Source: a virus | DNA length: 64,000 nt | IMG/VR virus record: IMGVR_UViG_3300037336_000025 | Coordinates: 1 to 64,000 of that record | Strand: one strand, 5' to 3' | In this document: one piece after another, positions 1 through 9,216 of the stretch | How positions within the stretch are numbered: position 1 is the first letter of the stretch | Layout of the letters: every line of letters begins with the position of its first letter | Program-made: the position numbers and the translations under genes | The notes under the pieces: model-generated | The model's input: only the letters and a program-made list of their open reading frames with translations | Databases searched by the model: none | Told to the model about the DNA's origin: nothing

Positions 1-160
1 TGCTAGCATGTTTATTACCCATGCTCCATGTTTGGACTGTGCCAAACTTATCTACCAAAGTGGTATTGGTAGCGTTTTATATCGGAACGCTTATAGGGAT
101 ACTAGTGGTATTACGTTTTTGGAAAAGTCAGGCGTAACAGTAACACAAATTAAGGAATAA
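1..160 (+). CDS. dCMP deaminase, C-terminal part (truncated by window start)
   Basis: Not in the ORF track. Frame from nt 2 reads ASMFITHAPCLDCAKLIYQSGIGSVLYRNAYRDTSGITFLEKSGVTVTQIKE*, with the PCxxC zinc motif of cytidine/dCMP deaminases; stop TAA at 158-160. Confidence 0.85.
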   Translation, partial: ASMFITHAPCLDCAKLIYQSGIGSVLYRNAYRDTSGITFLEKSGVTVTQIKE

Positions 161-162
161 TT

Positions 163-420
163 ATGTTAGAGCGTTATATGTGTGTTTACTACTATCAAAA
201 GCCTAACGGTAAGTGGGACGAAGTAACAGAGTTTAGAAATAACCTAAGAGTAAAGCAGATACAAACTGCAAAGGTTATACTTGACTTCAAAGAAAAGAAG
301 TGTATCAAAAACGGCCTCAACCCTGAAGCCGGTTTTGATGATATGCTTGAGTTTTATAAAAGGCTATTAGGGGATAAACTTACCCCCTATTTGCCCCAAG
401 ATGATCAAGAGTCTTTATAG
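163..420 (+). CDS. hypothetical protein (85 aa)
   Basis: ATG 2 nt after the deaminase stop, AAGGA upstream; no recognisable motif. Confidence 0.7.
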   Translation: MLERYMCVYYYQKPNGKWDEVTEFRNNLRVKQIQTAKVILDFKEKKCIKNGLNPEAGFDDMLEFYKRLLGDKLTPYLPQDDQESL

Positions 421-1160
421 ATTGCCAGTATCTCCTTTACAGCCTCGTGACGTTCGACATCTTCCACTCCAAAGTGGCATACGTCAACGTAACGATGGCT
501 TTTAAAGTCATTAAACAGTTTTAGGAATTCTAGCAATCCATTATTGCTAGGACGATCCGCTTGCTGTAAGTCCCCAGTTACAACCATTTTAGACTCAGTT
601 CCTAATCTGGTTAACAACATCTTCATTTGACTCGGAGTTGCATTCTGCATCTCGTCAGCGATCACTACTGCGTTCTTGAATGTACGACCTCGCATGTAAG
701 CTAATGGGCTAGTTTCAATAACTCCTTCTGCTACCATATGTTCGATCTCTTTCGAGCTAAAGTTTTCCGCTAGCACATCAAAAATAGGCCTAGTCCAAGG
801 AGCCATTTTTTCGTTTAGATCTCCTGGAAGGAAACCATGATCCTCGTCTACTGATACCGCAGGTCTAGTAATAATAATCTTGTCAGTTACTCCGTCTTTT
901 AATTGATCTACTGCCCACTGAACTGCAAGCATAGTTTTACCTGTACCAGCTGGTCCAATAGCGAATATAATCATCTTCTTGGCATCGTTTAGTTTTTCTA
1001 GATAAGTTTCCTGGCTTAAATTTTTGGGATATAGTTGAACACGTTTACGTTTAGCTTGTAATTTTCGGTCAATATTTACGACATTCGACTCGAATCGTGG
1101 ATCATACTGCTGATTTTGCTGAGTTTGCTGAGTTTGCTGTTGCGGTCTTTTTCGCTTCAT
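405..1160 (-). CDS. phoH: PhoH-family ATPase
   Basis: Walker A GPAGTGKT, IIITRPAV, GFLPGDLNEKM, LAYMRGRTF, ADEMQNATPSQMKMLLTRLG, VTGDLQQAD and DVERH are all PhoH hallmarks. Confidence 0.95.
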   Translation of the reverse strand: MKRKRPQQQTQQTQQNQQYDPRFESNVVNIDRKLQAKRKRVQLYPKNLSQETYLEKLNDAKKMIIFAIGPAGTGKTMLAVQWAVDQLKDGVTDKIIITRPAVSVDEDHGFLPGDLNEKMAPWTRPIFDVLAENFSSKEIEHMVAEGVIETSPLAYMRGRTFKNAVVIADEMQNATPSQMKMLLTRLGTESKMVVTGDLQQADRPSNNGLLEFLKLFNDFKSHRYVDVCHFGVEDVERHEAVKEILAIYKDS

Positions 1161-1283
1161 ATAAGGTTATGCCCCGGTTATATGTTAAACACGGACCTGG
1201 GAATCAGTCTATCCATGTCCAAACACAATGTTATTTAACACTTTGGAAAGAATATAATAACTTATGTTAAAGTTTTAAACGGA

Positions 1284-1290
1284 ATAAATA
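1284..1290 (+). promoter_or_regulatory. T4-like late promoter (ATAAATA)
   Basis: ATAAATA upstream of GGGAGA SD and ATG 1305; the same heptamer precedes many structural genes in this window. Confidence 0.6.
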
Positions 1291-1304
1291 CAAAGGGAGA
1301 TAAC

Positions 1305-1835
1305 ATGGCCGATATTAAAGACATTATAACTAACATAGAACAGCTTTACGGTTCTAACAATAGCTTGAGCCTACTAAAGGACTTTGAGCGTGTGATCGAC
1401 GAGCTTGACACCTACGTCTACGACAACTGGATTGACGGTGAACTAGTATCAGGTCCTGTAGAAGGGCGATACTTTGTAGAATGCACTTTTATGTGGCCGC
1501 AAGATAAAATGCCAGAGCCAAAAGGCGGAGAGCGCTTATTAGAATACGGCTGTAAAGTACAGTACGCAGAAACTACTATTTCTAAAGTAAGAAAAATTAA
1601 AGTTCCAGGTGACATCCGACCAGGCACAAAGAAAGGCAAGATTGATCGCGAGCCAATATGGATGGTAAAGATTGCAATGCCTAAAAAATTAATGAATGAT
1701 ATCACTCGAGGTTATACTGAGATGGATAGCAATAAGATAGAAGATATTATCAGTCAAGGTGGTGGAGTTAACGCATACGTTGATCCAGCAGAACAGCAAG
1801 CACAGGAGATGGCAAGTGAACAACCAGCAGCTTAA
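1305..1835 (+). CDS. conserved hypothetical phage protein (176 aa)
   Basis: Strong SD (GGGAGA), late promoter upstream, globular-looking sequence. Confidence 0.75.
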   Translation: MADIKDIITNIEQLYGSNNSLSLLKDFERVIDELDTYVYDNWIDGELVSGPVEGRYFVECTFMWPQDKMPEPKGGERLLEYGCKVQYAETTISKVRKIKVPGDIRPGTKKGKIDREPIWMVKIAMPKKLMNDITRGYTEMDSNKIEDIISQGGGVNAYVDPAEQQAQEMASEQPAA

Positions 1836-2559
1836 TGAAGGCCTACGTCCTTTAGATCTACAAGAAATGATCTATCCAACTTTTGAAGTTGATGTTCACG
1901 CTTCTAAAATGGGCGAGGATCGTGATGTGTGTGTTGTTAGTTTCCAAGTTAAAGATCGTGCTCCTGCAAATGACCTAATGGAATTTATTGAGAAGGGCTA
2001 TTACTTTGTTCTCGACAGTGATGTATCAAGTGGCGAGAACGAAGAAGGTGAGTATTCTGTATTTGTTGAACTTCCACGTACTAGCAACTTAGCTGAACAC
2101 ATTAAAGAAATTACCTACGGTGTTAAAAAGCTAACAGGCATTGACGAATTTAAATTTAAATATCACAAACAAGAAAGCATACACGAAGCTACAGAAGAAA
2201 CATTAAAGTCTGTTGTTCCTGCAACACCAGAAGCATACGATGGATTGATAACTCGTGTACGCACTGAAGGTGTCAAGCGTTTCTTTAGCAAGACACTAAT
2301 GGACGACTTAACCCTAGACGGCGATGTGATCACAATTCACAAGCCGTTTAATCAACAGGTTAAATTGCGTATGGTTAAAGAAGCCTCAACAGATTCAATC
2401 TTAGAAGGTAGTGAAGATGCTATTACTATGGACCAAGATGCAATGAGTGAAATATTTTGGCTAACTAAAGTTTTGGGCGACTACCAGATTAACAAGGTAG
2501 GCGACAAATTTATGTTTGACAATAACGGTCAAGCTATGTTATTACAAAGGATGGACTAA
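1816..2559 (+). CDS. hypothetical protein, probably late/virion-associated
   Basis: ORF track starts at 1759, but AGGAG (1804-1808) precedes GTG 1816, giving MNNQQLNEGLRP...; its stop overlaps the endolysin ATG. Confidence 0.7.
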   Translation: MNNQQLNEGLRPLDLQEMIYPTFEVDVHASKMGEDRDVCVVSFQVKDRAPANDLMEFIEKGYYFVLDSDVSSGENEEGEYSVFVELPRTSNLAEHIKEITYGVKKLTGIDEFKFKYHKQESIHEATEETLKSVVPATPEAYDGLITRVRTEGVKRFFSKTLMDDLTLDGDVITIHKPFNQQVKLRMVKEASTDSILEGSEDAITMDQDAMSEIFWLTKVLGDYQINKVGDKFMFDNNGQAMLLQRMD

Positions 2560-3194
2560 TGAGCTTTACATTTGAATTTACAAAAGAACAACTAGCAGAG
2601 ATGATTGATGGTAATCAGTATGTTGGTCAATGGTATGATGCATTGTATGCAATTTTACCAGAATACGGTATAGACACCCCACAACGTGTAGCAGCATTTG
2701 TTGCACAATGCGCTCACGAATCGGCAGGCTTTAAAATTCTCAAAGAAAATTTAAACTATCGTGCTGCTAGTTTGCGTAAGGTGTTTGGAAAGTATTTTCC
2801 AACAGATGCATTAGCTGAAGATTATGCAGGGCGTGCTAACAAACAAGAAGCAATTGCTAATCGTGTCTACGGTAGTCGTATGGGCAACGGTGATGAAGCA
2901 AGTGGCGACGGATATCGTTACTGCGGACGCGGTCTTATTCAGTTAACTGGTCGTAACAACTACGAAGCATTTGCTGAAAGTTTAGAGATGAAAGTAGAAG
3001 ATGTTCCAGAGTATCTAGGAACGTTTGAAGGTGCTGTGCAGAGTGCTTGCTGGTTCTGGGAAACCAACAACTTAAATCAATGGGCTGACGCTGGAGATAT
3101 CTTAACACTAACTAAACGTATCAACGGTGGAACGATCGGGCTTGAAGACCGAAAAAAGCATTACGAACACGCCTTGCACGTACTTGGAGCCTAA
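2559..3194 (+). CDS. glycoside hydrolase family 19 endolysin
   Basis: AAFVAQCAHESAGF, ENLNY, YRYCGRGLIQLTGRNNY, SACWFW and TKRINGGTIGLEDR are GH19 motifs; first gene of the lysis cassette. Confidence 0.92.
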   Translation: MSFTFEFTKEQLAEMIDGNQYVGQWYDALYAILPEYGIDTPQRVAAFVAQCAHESAGFKILKENLNYRAASLRKVFGKYFPTDALAEDYAGRANKQEAIANRVYGSRMGNGDEASGDGYRYCGRGLIQLTGRNNYEAFAESLEMKVEDVPEYLGTFEGAVQSACWFWETNNLNQWADAGDILTLTKRINGGTIGLEDRKKHYEHALHVLGA

Positions 3195-3196
3195 GC

Positions 3197-3694
3197 ATGT
3201 TTCCAGTCGGCTCAGTAATTAAAGCAGTAGTAGCGTTAATCATAGTTCTAGTGATTGCAAGCGGACTATGGTATGTTACTGGCCTACGTGCCGATCTAGC
3301 AGTTAGCCAAGAAAATAACCGCAAGGTGACCGAGGCAGTTACGCAACAGCAAGAAGTTATCAAACAGATACAAGTCGATCAGCAAAAGATTAAGGAGATC
3401 AATAATGAACTTAACACTACGATCAAGTTACAAAACAAAGATATGGAAAACCTCAAAGACAGGTTCACTACCACTGCATCCGGTGAAAAAAGAAATTTTG
3501 CTTCCACCGCAAGCGCAAAGCCACTAGCAGTCGAACGTGCAGTCAACCGAGGAACTGCTAATGCAATGAGGTGTTTAGAAATTGCATCAGGCGCTACGTT
3601 AACTGAAAAAGAATCAGCTGCAACTAAACCAAGCGAGATTAACAAAGAATGTCCTAGTCTAGCTAATCCTAACTACAAGGCGGTAGCACAATGA
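3197..3694 (+). CDS. inner-membrane spanin (Rz-like)
   Basis: Single N-terminal TM (VVALIIVLVIASGLWYV) then a long Q/E/K coiled coil; lies between endolysin and a lipoprotein gene. Confidence 0.75.
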   Translation: MFPVGSVIKAVVALIIVLVIASGLWYVTGLRADLAVSQENNRKVTEAVTQQQEVIKQIQVDQQKIKEINNELNTTIKLQNKDMENLKDRFTTTASGEKRNFASTASAKPLAVERAVNRGTANAMRCLEIASGATLTEKESAATKPSEINKECPSLANPNYKAVAQ

Positions 3695-4068
3695 AACGAT
3701 TATTAATCCTAATACTGCTTGCGACCTCGCTAACAGGATGTGCTAGTTTTGATCTGTTTGGTAGTAGAGTAAAACCTATTGAAGTTGTTGGCAAACCAAT
3801 TGAAAAAACAGCATTAGACATTGCTAGCCCAGATCCGTTAAAGGCACGGCCTATTGAATGGATTGTAATTACTCCTGATAATATAGAAGCAGTATTTAAG
3901 AAGATGGAAGAAAAAGGGCAGAGTCTAGTATTATTTGCTCTAACAGATGATGGGTACCAACAATTATCAATGTCAATGGGCGATATCCGCAATCTCATCA
4001 GCACGCAACGAACAATTATTATTAAATATAAAGAGTATTACGAACCTGTGAAAGCAGATAAGAAGTAA
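3691..4068 (+). CDS. outer-membrane spanin (Rz1-like lipoprotein)
   Basis: Signal peptide II with lipobox LTGC (MKRLLILILLATSLTG-C), Pro-rich segment, 4-nt overlap with the i-spanin gene. Confidence 0.75.
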   Translation: MKRLLILILLATSLTGCASFDLFGSRVKPIEVVGKPIEKTALDIASPDPLKARPIEWIVITPDNIEAVFKKMEEKGQSLVLFALTDDGYQQLSMSMGDIRNLISTQRTIIIKYKEYYEPVKADKK

Positions 4069-4087
4069 ATATTTTAGGAGCGGAGCG

Positions 4088-4450
4088 ATGACTGTTGAAG
4101 TAAAAAAAGAAGACTGGATGAATTCAAAGTGGCGGCCGATGATGGGCTGGACATATATGGGAACCTGTATATTTGACTTTATAATTGCCCCAATATTATG
4201 GAGTTTAATACAAGCACTACACGGCGGGCAAGTTACTAGTCAGTGGCAACCATTGACTCTACAAGGTGCCGGATTGTACCACATAGCAATGGGTGCAGTA
4301 CTTGGATTAGCGGCATTTGGTCGCACACAAGAAAAAATGACCGGATCAAACAATGGTGGAGCGCCTGTAACAATTCCTGCTCCAATAGCAAGACCAATTC
4401 CGGCGGCAGTATCAAAAGGTCCAGCAGCAGTTGCTGAGCCAGAACTATAA
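4088..4450 (+). CDS. putative holin (3TM, GTA-holin-like)
   Basis: WRPMMGW...FDFIIAP...W.PLTLQGAGLYHIAMGAVLG pattern of 3TM holin-like proteins; located in the lysis cassette. Confidence 0.65.
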   Translation: MTVEVKKEDWMNSKWRPMMGWTYMGTCIFDFIIAPILWSLIQALHGGQVTSQWQPLTLQGAGLYHIAMGAVLGLAAFGRTQEKMTGSNNGGAPVTIPAPIARPIPAAVSKGPAAVAEPEL

Positions 4451-4460
4451 AGGATAAGAT

Positions 4461-4808
4461 ATGAAATACATTTTAACAGCAATAGTTGCTAGTTTAATTA
4501 CACTAACAGGATGTGCTAAGTTAGAGCCGGTGAAGGTAGTTCCAGTAGTAGCGGAACTAAAAGCAGTGCCAGTAGTAGTAGAAGCCGTTAAAGTAGTGCC
4601 AATAGTAGTAGAAGCCGTTAAAGTAGTGCCAATAGTAGTAGAAGCTGTTAAAGAAGCTCCAAAGACTAAACGAATCTGTAAAGATTCTAAAGATAAGAGC
4701 GGTAAAGTTATTAAGAATAAAGATGGCAGTGCAAAGCAGGCTTGCAAAACTATTAAAATTCATAAAAAACATGAAGGAACTAAAGTTCCAGATGGCAAGA
4801 AAAAATAA
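4461..4808 (+). CDS. lipoprotein with 10-aa tandem repeats and basic C-terminus
   Basis: Lipobox LTGC; KVVPIVVEAV repeats; Lys-rich tail with two Cys. Confidence 0.7.
   Translation: MKYILTAIVASLITLTGCAKLEPVKVVPVVAELKAVPVVVEAVKVVPIVVEAVKVVPIVVEAVKEAPKTKRICKDSKDKSGKVIKNKDGSAKQACKTIKIHKKHEGTKVPDGKKK
4561..4650 (+). repeat. 3 x 30-bp tandem repeat (plus a degenerate copy just upstream)
   Basis: aagcagtgccagtagtagtagaagccgtta / aagtagtgccaatagtagtagaagccgtta / aagtagtgccaatagtagtagaagctgtta. Confidence 0.95.
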
Positions 4809-4834
4809 GCCATTGGTGAATCTACATTAAATAT

Positions 4835-4863
4835 AAAGGACTGCTTGACGTGGTCCTTTTTTT
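4835..4863 (+). terminator. intrinsic terminator after the lysis cassette
   Basis: AAAGGAC-TGC / loop TTGAC / GTG-GTCCTTT stem (two G-U pairs) running into T7. Confidence 0.7.
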
Positions 4864-4873
4864 ATTGTATAAT
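4845..4873 (+). promoter_or_regulatory. sigma70-type early promoter for dnaJ
   Basis: TTGACG-17 nt-TATAAT. Confidence 0.8.
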
Positions 4874-4878
4874 ATATT

Positions 4879-5715
4879 ATGGACTATTACTCTACACTAG
4901 GTATAAAACAAGACGCAACTGCTGACGACATTAAAAAAGCATACAGAAGTATGGCAATGAAGCATCACCCCGATCGCGGAGGCAATGAAGCTGACTTTAA
5001 ACGTATCAGCGAAGCATACAATGTACTCAGCGATCCAAGTAAAAAACAAATGGTCGATGCAGGTGTAGATCCTAACAATCAGCAGCGTGGAGGCTTTGGA
5101 GGAGGTAATCCTTTTGAGTTTCACTTTAATGCTGGTAACATGGAAGAAATGTTTTCAAATTTTGGATTTAATGGGCAGCGACGTTCCCAACCGCGAAACA
5201 AGAGCTTTAATATTAATGTTGAGATTACGCTTGGAGATGTGTTGCAAGGCAAAGTCCTTAATGCAGAAGTTGGCATACCAGGAGGTCAAAAGAAGATTAT
5301 TAATATATCTATCCCTGCAGGCATCGAACACGGGCAACAAATTCGTTATGAGGGAATGGGCGATAGTTCATTGCCTGCTGCAAGACCTGGAGATTTAATT
5401 GTTAACGTATACATTCGACCTCATACAGAATTTAAACGCGAAGGTGATTCACTAACTATCGAACGATCTATATCTGTATGGGATGCATTACTAGGCACAT
5501 CTGTAGAAATTGTAACACTCGATAACAAAACTCTTAGTATTACTATTCCAAGTGGTACTCAACCAGATACGATATTAAGTGGTCGAGGGCAAGGATTACC
5601 AAATATTCGATCAAAAGTAAGAGGTAATTTGTTGATTAAGATCAAAGTAAGTTTTCCTAAAAACTTATCAGTAGATCAACTTAAAAAAATACAAACATTA
5701 AAAGATGGCTTGTAA
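4879..5715 (+). CDS. dnaJ: DnaJ/CbpA-like co-chaperone (class B, no zinc finger)
   Basis: J-domain with HPD (KHHPDRGG), G/F-rich linker, C-terminal domain (IPAGIEHGQ, GDL, GQGLP). Confidence 0.93.
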   Translation: MDYYSTLGIKQDATADDIKKAYRSMAMKHHPDRGGNEADFKRISEAYNVLSDPSKKQMVDAGVDPNNQQRGGFGGGNPFEFHFNAGNMEEMFSNFGFNGQRRSQPRNKSFNINVEITLGDVLQGKVLNAEVGIPGGQKKIINISIPAGIEHGQQIRYEGMGDSSLPAARPGDLIVNVYIRPHTEFKREGDSLTIERSISVWDALLGTSVEIVTLDNKTLSITIPSGTQPDTILSGRGQGLPNIRSKVRGNLLIKIKVSFPKNLSVDQLKKIQTLKDGL

Positions 5716-5719
5716 CCTG

Positions 5720-5749
5720 TTGACATACTATAGCTGTCAGTGTTACAAT
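5720..5749 (+). promoter_or_regulatory. sigma70-type promoter for clpA
   Basis: TTGACA-18 nt-TACAAT with extended -10 TGn; the -35 lies in an inverted repeat (TGACA-9-TGTCA). Confidence 0.7.
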
Positions 5750-5782
5750 TAACTATAAAGAAACTAAGGAATAATTCAAAAT

Positions 5783-8155
5783 ATGATCGAACCAAGTCAA
5801 AGTCTGCAACAAATCTTTGAAAATTCTGTTAGCATTGCTACACAACATCATCACGAATACATTACTATCGAACATATTGTTCTAGGTATTATGAATGATA
5901 AAGAGTCCTACGACCTCCTTGCAAGTTTTGGTGCTGATGCTAATTTTATCAAAACTAATCTAGAGCATTATATTAATAATAATCTAAACGATATTAAGAA
6001 CTCAGATCTCACAGTTAAGCCGAAGAAAACTAACTCAGTAGAACGTGTACTTAATCGATGCTTTACGCAGGTGTTGTTTAGCGGAAGACAACGTATGGAA
6101 GTAGCTGATGTTATTATCAGTGTGCTTTCAGAAAAAAATAGCTTTGGATTCTACTTCCTTACTAAAGGCGGAGTAACTAAAGAAAAGTTTGTAAAATATT
6201 TCCAAGAAAACATTGTTTTGGAAGAAAATCAAATAGAGGAAGAACAGGAACGTCGAGTGCCAAATTCTAATAATGCAGATAAAGTGTTAAATCAGTTCTG
6301 TACAAACTTGTCATTGAAGGCTAAACAACGAACTATTGATCCTGTTATTGGACGTAACGAAGAAATTGAAAAGATTCAACTAGTACTTGCTCGTCGTAAC
6401 AAGTGTAACGTTCTGATGGTCGGTGATCCAGGTGTTGGTAAAACTGCTATTGCAGAAGGCATTGCCCGCAAGATTCACGAGAAAAAAGTTCCTAAGTTTA
6501 TTCAGGATCACCAAGTATACTCATTAGATATTTCAGCATTACTTGCCGGTTCAAAGTATCGTGGTGATTTTGAAGAACGTGTTAAGAACGTATTAGCTGC
6601 TCTTGAAAAGAAAGGCAATATTATTCTGTTTATCGATGAAGCACATATGATGAACGGCGCAGGTGCTGGCGGCGGGCAAGCTAACGATCTTGCTAACATT
6701 CTTAAACCTGTTCTGACTAAAGGTGTTATTAAATTAATTGCATCAACTACTTGGGAAGAATATCGTAAGCACTTTGAAAAGGATCGTGCTCTCATGCGTA
6801 GGTTCCAGCGTGTCACGGTTGACGAGCCTACTCCGGAAATGGCTGTTAAGATTCTTAAAGGCGTTAGGAAGTATTACGAACAACATCATAATGTTAAGAT
6901 TACAGATGCTGCTATTGAACAGGCTGTAAAACTTTCTATTAAGTATATGGCTGATAAGAAACTGCCAGACAAGGCTATTGATATATTGGACTGTGCTGCT
7001 GCACGTTATAAAGTTAAAGATGATCCTACAATGGAAGGCGTTGAGCAGTTAGTTGACATCGAACAGATCACATACGAACTTAGTAAAATGATTAACATGC
7101 CGCTGGAAAGTGTTGCACAGAAAGAAAGCAAGAATCTTGCAGATCTCGAAAAAGGCATGAAGACTGCTGTGTACGGTCAAGACACTGCTGTTGGTATATT
7201 GCTTGACAAAATCTTTGTAGCACAAGCTGGAATGAAGAGTCCTAACAAGCCTATCGGTAGTTTCTTACTGCTTGGCCCGACTGGTACTGGTAAAACAGAA
7301 ACAGCTAAAGTGCTTGCAGACAAGATGGGCATGAATCTTATTCGCTTCGATATGGGCGAGTATCAAGAGAAGCACAGTGTTGCTAAATTGATCGGAGCAC
7401 CTCCTGGTTATGTAGGTTACGAAGATAACGCAGGGCAACTTATTACCAAGTTACAAGAAACTCCTAACGCTATCTTGTTGTTAGATGAAATTGAAAAGGC
7501 ACATCCGGATGTTACGAACATTTTGCTAGCGTTTATGGATAACGGATTTGTGACTGGGTCTAACGGTAAGACTGCTGACGGTCGTAATTGTATTTTACTG
7601 TTAACCAGCAACTTGGGTGCTAGGGACAATGAGAACAACACTATCGGATTTGGCGGACTAGATCGAGTAGGTGAAGACGACAAAGCAGTTAAAAAGTTTT
7701 TTGCGCCTGAGTTCCGCAATCGTTTAGATGCAGTTATCAAGTTTAGTAAGTTGAGTCCAGAAGTTGTTGTACAGATTGTTGGCAAGTTTATTGGCGAGTT
7801 GAATACTCAACTTAAAGATAAAGGTATTGAAATCGTAGTAGACAAAGCAGCAACCAAGTGGTTAGCCACTAACGGGTATGATAGCAAGATGGGTGCTCGT
7901 CCGTTGGCTAGACTTATTGATGAAAAGATCAAAAGTCCGCTGAGCCGTAGAGTCTTGTTTGGGGACCTAGTTGACGGTGGACGTGTTACTGTTAGTGTTG
8001 AAAATAACGAGCTATCATTTACTGTTGCTCCTATTCCTAAGCCAATAACTAAGGAAGAAAGAAAAGCTCGCAAAGCTGCCGCAGCAGCACAAAAAGAAAG
8101 GGAAATAAATGCTAATGTTACCGAAAGCCAAAACAACTCGTCGGAAGTTTTATAA
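5783..8155 (+). CDS. clpA: ClpA-type Hsp100 AAA+ ATPase
   Basis: Clp N domain; NBD1 GDPGVGKT/LFIDEAH/ALMRRFQ; NBD2 GPTGTGKT/LLDEIEKAHPDV; IGF loop (NTIGFGG); no M-domain coiled coil. Confidence 0.92.
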   Translation: MIEPSQSLQQIFENSVSIATQHHHEYITIEHIVLGIMNDKESYDLLASFGADANFIKTNLEHYINNNLNDIKNSDLTVKPKKTNSVERVLNRCFTQVLFSGRQRMEVADVIISVLSEKNSFGFYFLTKGGVTKEKFVKYFQENIVLEENQIEEEQERRVPNSNNADKVLNQFCTNLSLKAKQRTIDPVIGRNEEIEKIQLVLARRNKCNVLMVGDPGVGKTAIAEGIARKIHEKKVPKFIQDHQVYSLDISALLAGSKYRGDFEERVKNVLAALEKKGNIILFIDEAHMMNGAGAGGGQANDLANILKPVLTKGVIKLIASTTWEEYRKHFEKDRALMRRFQRVTVDEPTPEMAVKILKGVRKYYEQHHNVKITDAAIEQAVKLSIKYMADKKLPDKAIDILDCAAARYKVKDDPTMEGVEQLVDIEQITYELSKMINMPLESVAQKESKNLADLEKGMKTAVYGQDTAVGILLDKIFVAQAGMKSPNKPIGSFLLLGPTGTGKTETAKVLADKMGMNLIRFDMGEYQEKHSVAKLIGAPPGYVGYEDNAGQLITKLQETPNAILLLDEIEKAHPDVTNILLAFMDNGFVTGSNGKTADGRNCILLLTSNLGARDNENNTIGFGGLDRVGEDDKAVKKFFAPEFRNRLDAVIKFSKLSPEVVVQIVGKFIGELNTQLKDKGIEIVVDKAATKWLATNGYDSKMGARPLARLIDEKIKSPLSRRVLFGDLVDGGRVTVSVENNELSFTVAPIPKPITKEERKARKAAAAAQKEREINANVTESQNNSSEVL

Positions 8156-8789
8156 CAAGTGGGTTTACAAAGTATCCCTGTACATTAATGGTGCAGGGAT
8201 GCTTAGGAATCATACGTTAAGTGAGATACAAGACTTTTATCTAAGTGAAAAACCTGCTGAGCGTATGTGGACTACTCCTGGAAGAGCCTGGGATAATCGT
8301 GCTCAACTGTTAGCAGTTGCTGAGTTTTTATTAGACTATGACAAGACATTGTGGTCACAACGTGTAGGACACGGTTGCGTGGACCTGTATACTAACGATT
8401 GCAATTTTTATTCTTCAGTATTGAAAGAGTTTGAAGCCAATGTAAGAAATCGTAGCGAGCCTTCTGAAAACTCTATTGAACTGTTAAACGATCAGCACAT
8501 TATCCTTAGTAAAAAGCTGCCGCATGATAGATATAGATATAAAGTATTCCTAAAGCCACATCAACTGGCACGCGATCCTCAAGCCAAGCAAGATTACCTA
8601 ACCTGGGTTGCAGCGCAAAATAACCGCATTACTCTTACAGATTCTGTTAGAAGTTGGTTCATCCGTACTGAATGGAACTGGGATCGTAGATATGTGCTAG
8701 TAGAAGATGAGCAAACTCTGCTTATGCTTAAACTACGCAATAGCGATGTTATGGGCAAGGTTTATAATTACGTTATAAGCGATAAATAA
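8109..8789 (+). CDS. hypothetical protein (226 aa)
   Basis: Long ORF overlapping the clpA end; Trp/Tyr-rich globular sequence. Confidence 0.7.
   Translation: MLMLPKAKTTRRKFYNKWVYKVSLYINGAGMLRNHTLSEIQDFYLSEKPAERMWTTPGRAWDNRAQLLAVAEFLLDYDKTLWSQRVGHGCVDLYTNDCNFYSSVLKEFEANVRNRSEPSENSIELLNDQHIILSKKLPHDRYRYKVFLKPHQLARDPQAKQDYLTWVAAQNNRITLTDSVRSWFIRTEWNWDRRYVLVEDEQTLLMLKLRNSDVMGKVYNYVISDK
8782..8788 (+). promoter_or_regulatory. late promoter ATAAATA
   Basis: Heptamer 5 nt before ATG 8794. Confidence 0.65.
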
Positions 8790-8793
8790 CATT

Positions 8794-9168
8794 ATGGGCT
8801 TCGAAACATTAAAATTATTAGAAAATATCACTGTATCTTCTGCATACGGTAGAGATTATCAATCTGCATCAGATGCAGATACTGTATTTTACTCTGATAA
8901 AGACAAAGGTGCGGGATATCATAAACACAGTGATGGTATACACACCGTGTTGTTTCACGCAGAAGGACTAGTTGGAACTATTACTATACAAGCTACATTG
9001 GAGCTGTATCCTGGAGATAGTGACTGGTTTGATGTTTATACAGAAACGTTTGCTGTAGATAGTTCAAATTCAAATAGAGCTGCCACAATCACTGGCAAGT
9101 TTGTGTTTTTACGTGCTGCATACCACATCGAAGACGGTGAAATCATAAACGTTCGTTATAATCTCTAA
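8794..9168 (+). CDS. hypothetical late protein (124 aa, beta-rich)
   Basis: Late promoter directly upstream; no catalytic motif. Confidence 0.7.
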   Translation: MGFETLKLLENITVSSAYGRDYQSASDADTVFYSDKDKGAGYHKHSDGIHTVLFHAEGLVGTITIQATLELYPGDSDWFDVYTETFAVDSSNSNRAATITGKFVFLRAAYHIEDGEIINVRYNL

Positions 9169-9181
9169 CTTGCATTAAACG

Positions 9182-9188
9182 ATAAATA
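9182..9188 (+). promoter_or_regulatory. late promoter ATAAATA
   Basis: Intergenic heptamer upstream of the 9217-14195 gene run. Confidence 0.65.
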
Positions 9189-9216
9189 TAGTATAAGTTC
9201 TTTGGAATCCTACTAT

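Noticed and set aside
1193-1220. Imperfect hairpin in the phoH 5' region
   Set aside because: Short, mismatched stem with no recognisable motif or U-tract.
1759-1835. Possible programmed frameshift fusing the 176-aa and 266-aa ORFs
   Set aside because: A GTG start at 1816 with AGGAG SD explains the short overlap; no slippery heptamer seen.
5783-8155. Annotation as ClpB
   Set aside because: No middle coiled-coil domain between NBD1 and NBD2, and an IGF loop is present.
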